Notes under the pieces: model-generated
What the model saw: only the letters and a program-made list of their open reading frames with translations
Databases searched by the model: none
What the model was told of the DNA's origin: nothing
Part shown: positions 1-9,858 of the stretch, in pieces
Layout of the letters: the number at the start of each line of letters is the position of its first letter
How positions within the stretch are numbered: position 1 is the first letter of the stretch
Program-made: the position numbers and the translations under genes
Origin: Chitinophagales bacterium
GTDB taxonomy: Bacteria; Bacillota; UBA5301; DYFA01
Reading direction: 5' to 3'
DNA length: 61,819 nucleotides
NCBI GenBank assembly: GCA_050260095.1
Contig: JBLNBQ010000179.1
Coordinates: 1-61,819, forward strand

Positions 1-7
1 CATCCAC

Positions 8-379
8 ATGAACTCGTTCAAGCGGCAGGTCCACAGCATCGTGGTGGGTGGCGCCGCCGGCGACTTCCTGGGGGAATACATGGCCGGGGGGACGCTCGTC
101 GTGCTCGGGCTCGACCAGGAAGGGCCGCCGGTGGGCCGCTGGGTGGCCACGGGGATGCATGGGGGCGTCATCTACCTGCGCGGCGAGCTGCCGGAGGACC
201 GCACGGGCAAGGAAGTGACGGCCGGGCCGGCCGGCGCCGAGGATGAGCCGGTGCTTTTCCCCCTGCTTGAGGAGTTCGCAGCTGCCTTTGGCCTTGACGC
301 GGCGGAACTGAAGGCGCTGCCCTTTACCCGCCTCGCGCCGACCAGCCATCGTCCCTACGGGAACCATTACGCCGGTTGA
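8..379 (+). CDS. GXGXG/GltB domain-3 (FwdC-like) protein, probably 5'-truncated by the window edge
   Basis: Repeats GDFLGEYMAGG and ATGMHGGVIYLRG, typical of the glutamate synthase C-terminal beta-helix. Confidence 0.8.
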   Translation: MNSFKRQVHSIVVGGAAGDFLGEYMAGGTLVVLGLDQEGPPVGRWVATGMHGGVIYLRGELPEDRTGKEVTAGPAGAEDEPVLFPLLEEFAAAFGLDAAELKALPFTRLAPTSHRPYGNHYAG

Positions 380-399
380 GCGGGAAGGACGGTAGGAGA

Positions 400-1752
400 A
401 TGGAACGCGCGCAGTACGCCTTCTTTTGGGGCTGCCAGATTCCGGCCCGCCTTCCGCAGATGGAGAAGTCGACCCGCCTAGTGCTGGAGCGCCTCGGTGT
501 CAAGGCGGTCGACCTCGATGGCTTCACCTGTTGTCCCGAACGGAACCTGATCGCCAACCTTGACGAACGGGCCTGGTACCTGACGGCCTCCCGCAACCTG
601 GCCGTCGCCGAAAGGGCCGGCCTGAATCTCCTGACCTCCTGCAACGGTTGCTACGGCACCTTGAAGTCGGTGCTCAACCTCGTCCGGAGCGACCCGGCAC
701 GGAAAGCCGAGATCAACCGGGCGTTGGCCAAGGTCGGCTTGACCCTGGAGGGCCGGGTGGAGGTGCGGCACCTGATCGAGGCGCTCTACCTCGACGTGGG
801 GCCGGAACGCATCGCCAAGCAGGTCTCCCGCCCGCTCCGCGGCATGGTCATCGCTGTCCATCCCGGTTGCCACCTCATCCGCCCGAGCCATGCCCTCCAG
901 TTCGACGACCCGCTCGAGCCGACCAAATACGACGCCCTGGTGGAGGCGCTTGGCGCGCAGAGCCTGAAGTACGACACGAAGATGCAGTGCTGCGGGGGAG
1001 CGCTGGCCAACGTCGGCGAGCTAGACGAGGCCGTGGCGCTGGCGCAACGGAAGCTGCTGAACGTTCGTGACCGCGGGGCCGACGCTCTCACGACGTGCTG
1101 CCCCGAGTGCTTCCTGCAGTTCGACCAGAAGCAGACCATCATGCAGCGGCGCGGCGACAACGTGCATCTGCCGGTCCTGACCTATCCCGAACTCCTCGGG
1201 CTCGCCCTGGGCATTTCCCCGGAGGAACTCGGCCTTGGCGCCCACCGGGTGGCGGTCGGGCCTTTCCTTGAACGCTGGGAGGAGCGGCAGCGCGATCTGG
1301 GAGCGGTGGCGGGCCGGGTCGACCTGGCCGCCGCCGAGCGGTGCCACAAGTGCGCCGCCTGCGTGGTCGACTGCCCGGTGGCGCAGTCGCATGAGGATTT
1401 CGATCCGAACGCCCTGATCGGCCAGTTCGTGCAGGGCAAGATCAACGAACTGCTCGAGGCGGGCCGTTTCTGGCAGTGTCTCGAGTGCCACACCTGCTTC
1501 GAGTTGTGCCCGCAGCGCTTCGGCATGGAGCGGGTCTTCACCGCTCTCAAGCACTTGGCCATCGAGCGCCACCAGATTCCCGGCGGGGTTCAGATCGGCC
1601 TCGGCATGTTCGTCAAGTCAGGCCGACTCGGCGAACCGGATGCCCGGGCCCGGCGCAAGCTGGGCTTGGCCGAGCCGCCGGCCGCCGGAGCCGAGGAGTT
1701 GCGCCGGCTTCTAGCGGGCGAGACACCGGGCCCTAAGGAGGAAGAAGCGTGA
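400..1752 (+). CDS. Heterodisulfide reductase-like HdrB (two CCG domains) fused to a C-terminal HdrC-like 2x[4Fe-4S] domain
   Basis: FFWGC..CCPE..SCNGC and HPGC..CCGG..CCPEC motifs, then CHKCAACVVDCP and CLECHTCFELCPQ. ATG at 400 follows an AGGAG RBS. Confidence 0.85.
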   Translation: MERAQYAFFWGCQIPARLPQMEKSTRLVLERLGVKAVDLDGFTCCPERNLIANLDERAWYLTASRNLAVAERAGLNLLTSCNGCYGTLKSVLNLVRSDPARKAEINRALAKVGLTLEGRVEVRHLIEALYLDVGPERIAKQVSRPLRGMVIAVHPGCHLIRPSHALQFDDPLEPTKYDALVEALGAQSLKYDTKMQCCGGALANVGELDEAVALAQRKLLNVRDRGADALTTCCPECFLQFDQKQTIMQRRGDNVHLPVLTYPELLGLALGISPEELGLGAHRVAVGPFLERWEERQRDLGAVAGRVDLAAAERCHKCAACVVDCPVAQSHEDFDPNALIGQFVQGKINELLEAGRFWQCLECHTCFELCPQRFGMERVFTALKHLAIERHQIPGGVQIGLGMFVKSGRLGEPDARARRKLGLAEPPAAGAEELRRLLAGETPGPKEEEA

Positions 1753-2543
1753 ACCGACCTGTGCCGACGGTGGAACGCCGCGCCAAGAGCGTCCAGGCGG
1801 TCGACCGCACACTGGCGATCCTCGAAACGCTCGCTACCCATCCGGGGCCGGTGCCGTTGTCCGTCCTGGCCCGGGAGGTCGGTCTCAACGTGAGCACCGT
1901 CCACCGCCTCCTGCACACGCTGATGGGGCGCGGCTTCGTCCAGCAGGAGGCCGATTCGGGCCGCTATAAACTGGGACTCAAGGTCTTCGAACTCGGAACG
2001 GCGGCGCTGGCCGCCCTCGACGTACGCCAGGTCGGGCGGGCTTTCCTGGAGGAGATCGTCCGGGCCACCAACGAGACTGCCAACCTGGTCGTGCTCGACC
2101 AGCATGAGGTCGTCTATGTCGATCAGGTCGAGTCGAGCCGGCAGGTGAAGATGAGCGCCAGGATCGGCAGCCGGGCGCCTCTCCACTGCACCGGCGCCGG
2201 GAAGGCGATCCTCGCCCATCTCCCGCCGGCGGAGCGGGATGCCCTGCTCGAACGGCTGAACTTGGTCCGCCGGACCGCCCGGACCCTGGTCGACGTGGGT
2301 GATCTCCGGCGCGACCTGACGGAAACGGCCAGGAGGGGTTATTCGCTCGACCTCGAAGAGATGGAAGACGGGGTGCGGTGCATCGCCGCTCCGGTGCGGA
2401 ACAGCTTCGGACGAGTCGTGGCGGCCATCAGCGTCTCCGGCCCTTCGAGCCGCCTCAGCGACGAGTACCTGGAGGCCAAGCTCATTCCAATGGTCAAGGG
2501 GGCGGCCGCCCAACTCTCGGCCCGGCTGGGCTACTCCGCCTAA
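1749..2543 (+). CDS. IclR family transcriptional regulator
   Basis: N-terminal SVQAVDRTLAIL HTH; C-terminal LHCTGAGKAIL and CIAAPV..AAISVSGP. Confidence 0.93.
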   Translation: MNRPVPTVERRAKSVQAVDRTLAILETLATHPGPVPLSVLAREVGLNVSTVHRLLHTLMGRGFVQQEADSGRYKLGLKVFELGTAALAALDVRQVGRAFLEEIVRATNETANLVVLDQHEVVYVDQVESSRQVKMSARIGSRAPLHCTGAGKAILAHLPPAERDALLERLNLVRRTARTLVDVGDLRRDLTETARRGYSLDLEEMEDGVRCIAAPVRNSFGRVVAAISVSGPSSRLSDEYLEAKLIPMVKGAAAQLSARLGYSA

Positions 2544-2607
2544 ACCCCGTCACCGGCCCCGCATACCTGTCCATCCTCGCCCATAGGCTAACTTACGGGG
2601 ATGAGAC

Positions 2608-2901
2608 GTGGCGCGGGCGGCGGTCTGGCTCATCGTGTTCAACCTGGTGGATGCCGTGGCGACCAGCCGCGGGCTGGCGGTCGGGCTCCTGAAGGAGGCC
2701 AACCCATTCCTGGCTTGGCTCATCCGTGACTGTCCGGCAGGGGCGTGGCTGCTCAAGCTGGGCATGGTTCCGCTGCTCGCTCTCTGGCTGGGGGGCGCCG
2801 CGCGGCCCCGCTGGGCGAGCCACGCGCTGTTCATTCTGGCGCTGGCCTACGGCTGCGTGGTGGCGCTGCACCTTGCGGGGTATCTCGCGAGCTTGGCCTG
2901 A
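2608..2901 (+). CDS. Small membrane protein, DUF5658-like
   Basis: FNLVDAVAT..G..EANP motif followed by hydrophobic helices. Confidence 0.65.
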   Translation: MARAAVWLIVFNLVDAVATSRGLAVGLLKEANPFLAWLIRDCPAGAWLLKLGMVPLLALWLGGAARPRWASHALFILALAYGCVVALHLAGYLASLA

Positions 2902-2935
2902 GCACCACCGCCCACCGAAAGGAGCGACCTCAACC

Positions 2936-3415
2936 ATGAAGACACGCGAACTGGTCGTCACTGCGCTGCTGGCCGCGCTCTCCCTGGTGATCCCGCTCGC
3001 CCTGGGGGGCTACTTGACCATCACCGTCCCGCCGTTCACCGCCACCGTCGCCTCACACGTGCCGGTCATGCTGGCGATGCTGGTCAGCCCCTGGTCGGCC
3101 TTCATGACCGGGCTCGCGTCCGCTCTGGGCTTTCTGATCAGGTTCGGCACGCCCGTGGTGGCCGCCCGGGCGCTGATGCATGCCGTGTTCGGGCTAGCCG
3201 GGGCGGTGCTCATAAGGCGCGGCAGCCGGTTTGCGACTGCCCTGCTGGCAACCTGGCCGCTTCACGCTCTTACGGAGGCGCTGGTCGTGCTGCCGTTCGG
3301 CTTCACCCTGGCCAAGGCGGGACTTGTGGTCGGGGTGGGCACGGCGCTCCACCACCTGATCGACAGCGTGATCGCGCTCGCCGTCCGCCGGCTGGTCAGC
3401 CTGCCTCGTTTCTAG
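2936..3415 (+). CDS. ECF transporter S component (NiaX-like)
   Basis: MKTRELVVTALL, PPFTATVASHVP, GVGTALHH. ATG at 2936 follows an AAGGAG RBS. Confidence 0.75.
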   Translation: MKTRELVVTALLAALSLVIPLALGGYLTITVPPFTATVASHVPVMLAMLVSPWSAFMTGLASALGFLIRFGTPVVAARALMHAVFGLAGAVLIRRGSRFATALLATWPLHALTEALVVLPFGFTLAKAGLVVGVGTALHHLIDSVIALAVRRLVSLPRF

Positions 3416-3493
3416 TGCCTCTTGTGGTTGCCCTTCCCGGAATGCTCACGCCGCTCATCCCCAAACACTAGACCGGAAGGAGGGGGTGAGTGA

Positions 3494-3793
3494 GTGCAGG
3501 ACAAGCGGGTGGAAGCCTATCCGTTCCCGGCGCAGAAGAACCAGAACGTCGAAGTGAAATACAACGGCCTGCTTAAGTGCGCCGGAGCCGATGTGGTCTT
3601 CCTCCACTATGGTCAGGACGGCTGGAAGAACTGTGCCACCAAGCCGATGTTCCGCCAGAACGACGGCAGTTTCTACGCCACTGTGACGGCCACCGGTGAT
3701 CACGAGGTCAACTTGTGCTTCAAGGACTCGGCGGATCACTGGGACAACAACAACGGCTGGAACTGGAACGTCCCGATCAAACTCACCTGGTAG
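3494..3793 (+). CDS. Stand-alone starch-binding module (CBM25/CBM53-like)
   Basis: VFLHYGQDGW and FKDSADHWDNNNGWNW signature; strong RBS. Confidence 0.75.
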   Translation: MQDKRVEAYPFPAQKNQNVEVKYNGLLKCAGADVVFLHYGQDGWKNCATKPMFRQNDGSFYATVTATGDHEVNLCFKDSADHWDNNNGWNWNVPIKLTW

Positions 3794-3806
3794 GCACCTG
3801 GCATCC

Positions 3807-3839
3807 CGGCGGGGCTGAGCATCTGCCCCGCCGATTTCT
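3807..3839 (+). terminator. Probable intrinsic terminator
   Basis: CGGCGGGGC/GCCCCGCCG stem followed by ATTTCT. Confidence 0.45.
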
Positions 3840-3938
3840 GTCCTGCTTCCGGCAGCTTCCGGAAGGGTAGAGCGGTTCCGGCGCCGAACAAGAGAGGGCG
3901 AACCGCAGGAGAGAAGCCTCTCCAAGGAGGAACCCCGC

Positions 3939-4634
3939 TTGGGCAAGTATCGGAAACCCGCTCGAAGCAAGAAGCAGACCAAAGCCGTTCAGTTGGTGGT
4001 GTTGGTGCTGGTCGCAGGGATGGCGCTCAGCCTCGCCGCCTACTACTTCCAGTCCAGCGGCGGCAGCACACCGGTCCCGTCAGCCCCCGCGGCAGGCTAC
4101 GCCGGTGGTGGCTACGTCGACCAGGGCAACACCGCGTACGATGCGGGCGACTATCCCACCGCCATCCGCTTCTATGAGAAGGCCGTCGCCGCGGGCAACA
4201 ACAGCCCCGGCCTCTTGACCGACCTCGGGACCGCGTACTTCTACAAGAATCCCTCCGAACCGGACAAGGCTTTGGAGTACTACGCCCGGGCGCTCAAGGT
4301 TCAACCGAACTTCACCAACGCGATGTTCAACACCGGAGTGGTCCTGCGTGACGGGAAGGGCCAGCCCGAGGCGGCGATCGCGACCTGGGAGAAGCTCCTC
4401 GCCTCATTGCCCGCCGGTGCGCAGGCGGACAAGGTGAAGGCCATCATCAGCGAGACGAAAGCCCAGCTGGCCGCCGCGCCCGCGCCGGCGCCTTCACCGT
4501 CCACCCAGAGGGCCGTCGGCGTGCCGGCTGCCCAGGGCGTTCCAGCGCCGGCTCAAGGACCGGCCCCAGCGCCGGTTCCCAGCGGGGCCGCGCCTCAGGG
4601 TGGCTCCCGCCTGAGCACCGGGTTCGGACGGTAA
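3939..4634 (+). CDS. Membrane-anchored TPR protein with Pro/Ala-rich tail
   Basis: Basic N-terminus plus TM helix; TPR-like helices (GDYPTAIRFYEKA, LGTAYF, PNFTNAMFNTG). Confidence 0.75.
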   Translation: MGKYRKPARSKKQTKAVQLVVLVLVAGMALSLAAYYFQSSGGSTPVPSAPAAGYAGGGYVDQGNTAYDAGDYPTAIRFYEKAVAAGNNSPGLLTDLGTAYFYKNPSEPDKALEYYARALKVQPNFTNAMFNTGVVLRDGKGQPEAAIATWEKLLASLPAGAQADKVKAIISETKAQLAAAPAPAPSPSTQRAVGVPAAQGVPAPAQGPAPAPVPSGAAPQGGSRLSTGFGR

Positions 4635-4642
4635 ACCGGGGG

Positions 4643-5329
4643 ATGGAAGGCAGCATCATCAACGCGGCCGCCATCGCCCTCGGGGGGTTCGCCGGCTTGC
4701 TGGCCGGCGGACGGCTGCCCGAGCGGCTCGTCAAGATCATCATGCAGAGCGTGAGCTTGGCCGTGCTGATGGTCGGGATCGACATGGGCCTGCGCACCAA
4801 GAACTCGGTCATCGTGCTGCTCAGCATCGTGCTCGGCGGCCTCATCGGCGAGTCGCTCCAGATCGAGGAGCGGTTCAACCACCTGAGCGAGCGGCTGGAG
4901 GCCCGGTACACCGCGAACGGCGATGGGCGGTTCACGAAAGGTTTCGTCACGGCCAGCCTGCTCTACTGCGTCGGCCCCATGGCCATCACCGGCGCCTTCC
5001 AAAACGGCCTGCTCGGCGACGCGTCGATCCTCATCACCAAGAGTTTCCTCGACGGGATCTCCGCCATCGCGCTCGGCGCGGGGCTCGGCTATGGGGTCAT
5101 CTTCTCCGCCATCCCGGTCTTGCTCTATCAAGGAGGGCTGGCGCTCGGCGCCACCTGGCTCAAGCCCCTGCTCTCCCAGGCGGTGGTGCTCGAGATGACC
5201 GCCACCGGCGGGGTCCTGATCCTCGGTATCGCCTTGACGATGCTGGAGATCAAGAAGGTCAAAGTGGCCAACTTGCTGCCGGCGCTCTTCGTGGTGGTGC
5301 CGATAGTGTACCTGTGGCAGAGGTTCTGA
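4643..5329 (+). CDS. DUF554 (YdfK-like) membrane protein
   Basis: GSIINAAAI, GFVTASLLYCVGPMAITG, KSFLDG, KVANLLPAL. Confidence 0.88.
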   Translation: MEGSIINAAAIALGGFAGLLAGGRLPERLVKIIMQSVSLAVLMVGIDMGLRTKNSVIVLLSIVLGGLIGESLQIEERFNHLSERLEARYTANGDGRFTKGFVTASLLYCVGPMAITGAFQNGLLGDASILITKSFLDGISAIALGAGLGYGVIFSAIPVLLYQGGLALGATWLKPLLSQAVVLEMTATGGVLILGIALTMLEIKKVKVANLLPALFVVVPIVYLWQRF

Positions 5330-5487
5330 AGGACCATCCGCTTAAGCTCGCGCCACGCCGCCCCTTGGCTGAGACTACGTTCGGTCTCGGTCGGCTCGAG
5401 GAGTCTCCGGACCATCGGCCTTCCGTGGCCGGAGGTCCGGGCGCCTTCAGAACCCTGAGAAGACGAGGATGACGCCAATCGCGACTA

Positions 5488-5525
5488 AACAAGGAAGGGT
5501 GCGGCATTGTTTGTCCGCACCCTTC
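5488..5525 (-). terminator. Probable glnA terminator
   Basis: GAAGGGTGCGG/CCGCACCCTTC stem followed on the minus strand by CTTGTTT. Confidence 0.55.
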
Positions 5526-5550
5526 GCCTTGATGCGCTGTCGGCTAGCAC

Positions 5551-6873
5551 TCAGAAAGTCCGCAGGTACTGGTCGAGTTCCCAGGCGTGGACCTGCGTAC
5601 GATAGACGTCCCACTCGATGAGCTTCGCTTCGACGAAGTGGCGGTAGACGTGCTCGCCCAGCGCCTCTCGCATAAGCGGGTTGCGGGCCAGTTCGTCGAG
5701 GGCCTCCTTCAGGCTACCCGGCAGGCTCGTGATGCCCTCGGCGGCCCGCTCGTCGGCGGTCATGTGGTAGATGTTCTTGGCGGTCGACTCGGGCGGGGTG
5801 ATCTTGTTCTTGATCCCGTCGAGGCCAGCCTTGAGAATGACGGCGAAGGCCAGATACGGGTTGCACGACGGATCCGGGCTGCGCAGCTCGAGCCGGGTGG
5901 AGGCGCCCCGGGCGGCGGGCACCCGGATCAGGGCGGTCCGGTTCATCGCCGACCAGGCCACGTAGACCGGCGCTTCGTAGCCTGGCACCAGGCGCTTGTA
6001 GGAGTTCACCAACGGGTTGGTGATCGCGGTGAACGAGCGGACGTGCTTCAAAAGGCCCCCGATGAAGTACAGCGCCTCCTGGGAGAGCTGGTACGGGCGG
6101 TTCGGGTCGAAGAAGGCGTTGGCGCCGTTGCGGAAAAGGGAGAGGTTGCAATGCATCCCGGAGCCGTTGATCCCGAAGACCGGCTTCGGCATGAACGTGG
6201 CGTGCAGGCCGTGCTTCATGGCGACCGCCCGGGTGGCGATCTTGAAGGTGGCAACCCGGTCGGCGGTGGTCAGCGCGTCGGCGTACTTGAAATCGATCTC
6301 GTGCTGGCCCTGGGCCACTTCGTGGTGGGCCGCCTCCACCTCGTAGCCCATCTTCTCGAGGTAGAGGACGATGTCACGCCGGGCGTCTTCGCCCCGGTCG
6401 ATGGGGGAGAGGTCGAAATAGGAGCCTTCGTCGTGGGTCACGGTGGTCGGCCGCCCGTCGGCCCCCATCTTGAAGAGGAAGAACTCAAGCTCGGGGCCGG
6501 CGTTCATGGTGAAGCCCATCTCCGCCGCCTCGGCCAGGGTCCGCTTGAGGACGTAACGGGGGTCACCCTCGAACGGGCGCCCGTCGTGCAGGTAAACGTC
6601 GCAGACCATGCGGGCGATGGGAGCGTCGTGCCACGGGAGGAGCACGAACGAGTTAAGGTCGGGCTTGAGCAGCATGTCGGACTCTTCGATGCGGGTGAAG
6701 CCTTCGATCGACGAACCGTCGAAGGCGATCTTGCCTTCCAGGGCCTTCTCGAGTTGGGAGTAGGGGATGGCGACGTTCTTGATGACACCGAGGATGTCTA
6801 CGAACTGGAGCCGGATGATCTCCACTTTGTTATCTCTGGCGAGCTTCAGGATCTCCTCCGGGGAATAACCCAC
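5551..6873 (-). CDS. glnA: Glutamine synthetase type I
   Basis: [53 protein letters not shown]. Confidence 0.97.
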   Translation of the reverse strand: MGYSPEEILKLARDNKVEIIRLQFVDILGVIKNVAIPYSQLEKALEGKIAFDGSSIEGFTRIEESDMLLKPDLNSFVLLPWHDAPIARMVCDVYLHDGRPFEGDPRYVLKRTLAEAAEMGFTMNAGPELEFFLFKMGADGRPTTVTHDEGSYFDLSPIDRGEDARRDIVLYLEKMGYEVEAAHHEVAQGQHEIDFKYADALTTADRVATFKIATRAVAMKHGLHATFMPKPVFGINGSGMHCNLSLFRNGANAFFDPNRPYQLSQEALYFIGGLLKHVRSFTAITNPLVNSYKRLVPGYEAPVYVAWSAMNRTALIRVPAARGASTRLELRSPDPSCNPYLAFAVILKAGLDGIKNKITPPESTAKNIYHMTADERAAEGITSLPGSLKEALDELARNPLMREALGEHVYRHFVEAKLIEWDVYRTQVHAWELDQYLRTF

Positions 6874-6929
6874 TGCGTTTACCTCCTCCGCGCACCTGGG
6901 GGAACCACGTGCGTCACTGCTATGGCAAG

Positions 6930-6969
6930 AGTCTATGCCTCTGTCAAGAGAATGTCAATACTTCTGTCA
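6930..6969 (-). promoter_or_regulatory. Sigma-A type glnA promoter with an overlapping GlnR-like operator
   Basis: Minus strand TTGACA (6958-6953), 17-bp spacer, TAGACT (6935-6930). TGACA-N7-TGACA overlaps the -35 box. Confidence 0.6.
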
Positions 6970-7191
6970 TGAAAGCAAGATTTGCTTACAGCCTGTAGCG
7001 TTCACAATTGGGCCGCGACTTTTCCCCGACGAGAGAAGGGAAGTGAAAAACCGCGTTGAATTACCCCGTATTAGGTTTAGTGCGAGAATTTTCGGAATAG
7101 GGGTGATGGGGCTCCGGGAGAGATTCTTTCCGTGCCGGGGAGTGGACTCTAAGGTCCCATGAGGAGTCCTAACGAAAGGAGTTGTGGGGTA

Positions 7192-8274
7192 GTGAGTCGT
7201 GAACTTTTCCAGGACATCAGCCGTCGTGATTTTCTGAAGCTGTGTGGCGGCATCGCAGCGGCTCTTGGTCTCTCCGAACTCTCTGTGCCGCAGGTTGCCA
7301 ACGTTCTCGCCGAAAGCGCCAAGAAGCCTCCGCTGGTCTGGTTGGAGATGGGATCCTGCACCGGGTGCAGCACTTCCTTCCTGAACGCCGATTCCCCGAG
7401 CGCTGCGGACGTGGTCCTGAACCGCCTGTCCGTCCGTTACCATGAGGCGATCATGGCAGCGCAGGGCGAACTCGCCGACAAGGCTCTTGAGGAGACCTTC
7501 AAGAGCGAGGCCGGCAAGTACTTCGTGGTCGTCGAGGGGTGCGTCCCGACCAAGGAAGGCTACGGCATGTTCGGCGGCAAGCAGATGATCGATTGGCTCA
7601 AGGAGGCCGCCGCCGGCGCCGCTGCGGTGCTGGCCGTCGGTTCCTGCTCCGCCTACGGCGGAATCCCGGGCGCCAGCCCGAACCCCGGCGGCGTGAAGCC
7701 GGTCTCCGAGATCATCGGCGCTCAGAAGGTCATCAACCTGCCGGGCTGCCCCTGCAACCCGAACTGGCTGCTGGCCACCGTGGTTCAGGTTCTCCTGACC
7801 GGCCAGGTGCCCAAGCTCGACAAGAACCTCCGCCCGGTCGCCCTCTACGGCCAGTGCCTGCACGACAACTGCCCCCGGCGTGCGTCCTTCGACGAGGGCA
7901 AGTTCGTCGAGGTCTTCGGCCAGAAGGAAGAGACCCGCGACTACTGCCTGGTGAAGGTCGGCTGCAAGGGCCCGAACACCTTCTCCAACTGCCCGCAGGT
8001 TCGCTGGAATTCCGGCAAGGCGTGGTGCATCCAGTCCGGCGCCGGCTGCATCGGCTGCGTCGAGCCGGGTTGGCCCGATCGTTTCATGCCGTTCTACGAT
8101 CGCCTGCCTGATCTCAAACTCGCCAACGTCCGTGCCAGTGCTGACACGGTTGGTGCCGTCCTCGGCGCCGCCACCGTGGTCGGCCTTCTGGGCCATGCGG
8201 TCCTCGGCGCGTCTTTCGGCCGGTTCGGCAAGGGCAAAGAGGCCGAGGCCAAGCACCACGACACCAAGGCGTAA
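7192..8274 (+). CDS. [NiFe]-hydrogenase small subunit, Tat-exported, with C-terminal anchor
   Basis: SRRDFLK Tat motif; CTGC, GSCSAYGG, PGCP, HDNCPR, GCKGP, CIGC; hydrophobic C-terminus. GTG start inferred from the RBS. Confidence 0.95.
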   Translation: MSRELFQDISRRDFLKLCGGIAAALGLSELSVPQVANVLAESAKKPPLVWLEMGSCTGCSTSFLNADSPSAADVVLNRLSVRYHEAIMAAQGELADKALEETFKSEAGKYFVVVEGCVPTKEGYGMFGGKQMIDWLKEAAAGAAAVLAVGSCSAYGGIPGASPNPGGVKPVSEIIGAQKVINLPGCPCNPNWLLATVVQVLLTGQVPKLDKNLRPVALYGQCLHDNCPRRASFDEGKFVEVFGQKEETRDYCLVKVGCKGPNTFSNCPQVRWNSGKAWCIQSGAGCIGCVEPGWPDRFMPFYDRLPDLKLANVRASADTVGAVLGAATVVGLLGHAVLGASFGRFGKGKEAEAKHHDTKA

Positions 8275-8290
8275 GGAGGTAGGATGATAC

Positions 8291-9829
8291 ATGGCTTCTC
8301 AGTTCATCACTGTTGATCCGCTCACCAGAATCGAAGGCCACCTCCGCGTCGAGGTCGAGGTGGAAAACGGTAAGGTAAAGGACGCGTGGACGACAGGGAC
8401 CCTGTTCCGCGGCCTCGAGCTCATCCTGCAGGGCCGCAAGGCTGAGGATGCTTGGCTCGTGACGCAGCGCGCCTGCGGCGTCTGCCCGGTTCCCCACGGT
8501 TACTCCTCCTCCCGGGCCATCGAGGATGCTTACAAGCTGAAGCTCACCGACAACGCCCGGTTGGTTCGTAACCTGATCATGGGCTTCCAGTACATCAACT
8601 CCCACCTGCTGCACTTCTACCACTTGGCGGCGCTCGACTACGTCGATGTCACCGCGGTGGCGAAGTACAAGGGCAACGACGCCCGCTTGAACGAGGTGAA
8701 GTCCCTGATCGCCTCCGGCGACACCGCGCCCTTCACCCCGCGCTACAACGTCGACTACCGCCTCCCGGTCGAGGCCAACATCGAGGCGGTCGCTCAGTAC
8801 GTTGAGGCTCTCACGATCTACCGCCGGGCCAACGAGGCCCTCGGCATGCTGGGCGGCAAGTTCCCGCACATCATGTCGACCGTTCCGGGCGGCGTGACCG
8901 TGAAGCTCGCCCCGGCCCTCATCTCCCAGCTCGTGGGCTACATCAAGGAGGCCCAGGAGTTCATCGACAACAAGCACATCCCGCTCGTCCTCGCCGTGGC
9001 CCCGGTGTACGCCGACTACGGCAAGATCGGTGTGGGCGTGGGCAACTTCCTGGCATGGGGCGAGTTCCAGGATGCCTCCTTTGACCCGAAGAAGCAGCTC
9101 CTCCCGCGGGGCGCCATCTTCGGCGGGCAGATCACCCAGGTCCAGGACGTCGATCCGGCCAAGGTGGTCGAGCACGTGGCTCACTCCTGGTACGAAGGTT
9201 CCGACGCCAAGCAGCCGCTTGACGGCGAGACCAAGCCGGCCTACAAGTCCTTCGGCGAGCATGCCAAGGACGGCGACAAGTACTCCTGGCTCAAGGCCCC
9301 GCGCTATGAGGATAAGCCGATGGAAGTCGGCCCGCTCGCTCGGATGCTGGTGCGCCAGGACAAGGGCCTGCTGGATCTGGCGACCTCCTTGGGCATCGGC
9401 CCGTCCGTCCTGGCCCGTATCGCGGCCCGGGCGCTCGAGGTCAAGCTGGTGGCCGACAGCATGCTCCAGTGGGTCACCGAACTGAAGCTCGACGGCCCGA
9501 CCTTCACCCCCTACGAGCCGCACTCCGGCGACGGCAACGGCTTCTCCGAGGCCCCGCGCGGCGCCCTGTCGCACCACATCAAGATCGAGGGCGGCCGGAT
9601 CAAGAACTTCAACCTGGTCGTGCCGACCACCTGGAACATGGGGCCGCGTGACGCCAATGGCGTCCGGGGTCCGATCGAGGAGGCCCTGGTGGGCACCCCG
9701 GTCAAGGATCCGACTCAGCCGATCGAGATCTGCCGTGTTGTCCGCTCCTTCGACCCGTGCATCTCGTGCGCCGTCCATGTGGTCGACGTGGAGAACCCGG
9801 AGAAGGCGGCCGAGTTCCGGGCAGTCTAG
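8291..9829 (+). CDS. [NiFe]-hydrogenase large subunit (group 1, probably 1a-like)
   Basis: DPLTRIEGH; L1 QRACGVCPVPH; L2 SFDPCISCAVH followed by a cleavable C-terminal extension. Confidence 0.95.
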   Translation: MASQFITVDPLTRIEGHLRVEVEVENGKVKDAWTTGTLFRGLELILQGRKAEDAWLVTQRACGVCPVPHGYSSSRAIEDAYKLKLTDNARLVRNLIMGFQYINSHLLHFYHLAALDYVDVTAVAKYKGNDARLNEVKSLIASGDTAPFTPRYNVDYRLPVEANIEAVAQYVEALTIYRRANEALGMLGGKFPHIMSTVPGGVTVKLAPALISQLVGYIKEAQEFIDNKHIPLVLAVAPVYADYGKIGVGVGNFLAWGEFQDASFDPKKQLLPRGAIFGGQITQVQDVDPAKVVEHVAHSWYEGSDAKQPLDGETKPAYKSFGEHAKDGDKYSWLKAPRYEDKPMEVGPLARMLVRQDKGLLDLATSLGIGPSVLARIAARALEVKLVADSMLQWVTELKLDGPTFTPYEPHSGDGNGFSEAPRGALSHHIKIEGGRIKNFNLVVPTTWNMGPRDANGVRGPIEEALVGTPVKDPTQPIEICRVVRSFDPCISCAVHVVDVENPEKAAEFRAV

Positions 9830-9858
9830 CAGAAGCAGGCGAGAAGGAGGCGTAAGCT

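Noticed and set aside
6990-7007. Rex operator upstream of the hydrogenase genes
   Set aside because: Only the TTCACAA half-site is present; the TTGTGAA half is missing.
9745-9780. Selenocysteine ([NiFeSe]) hydrogenase
   Set aside because: The L2 motif is DPCISC with a TGC codon, and there is no in-frame TGA.
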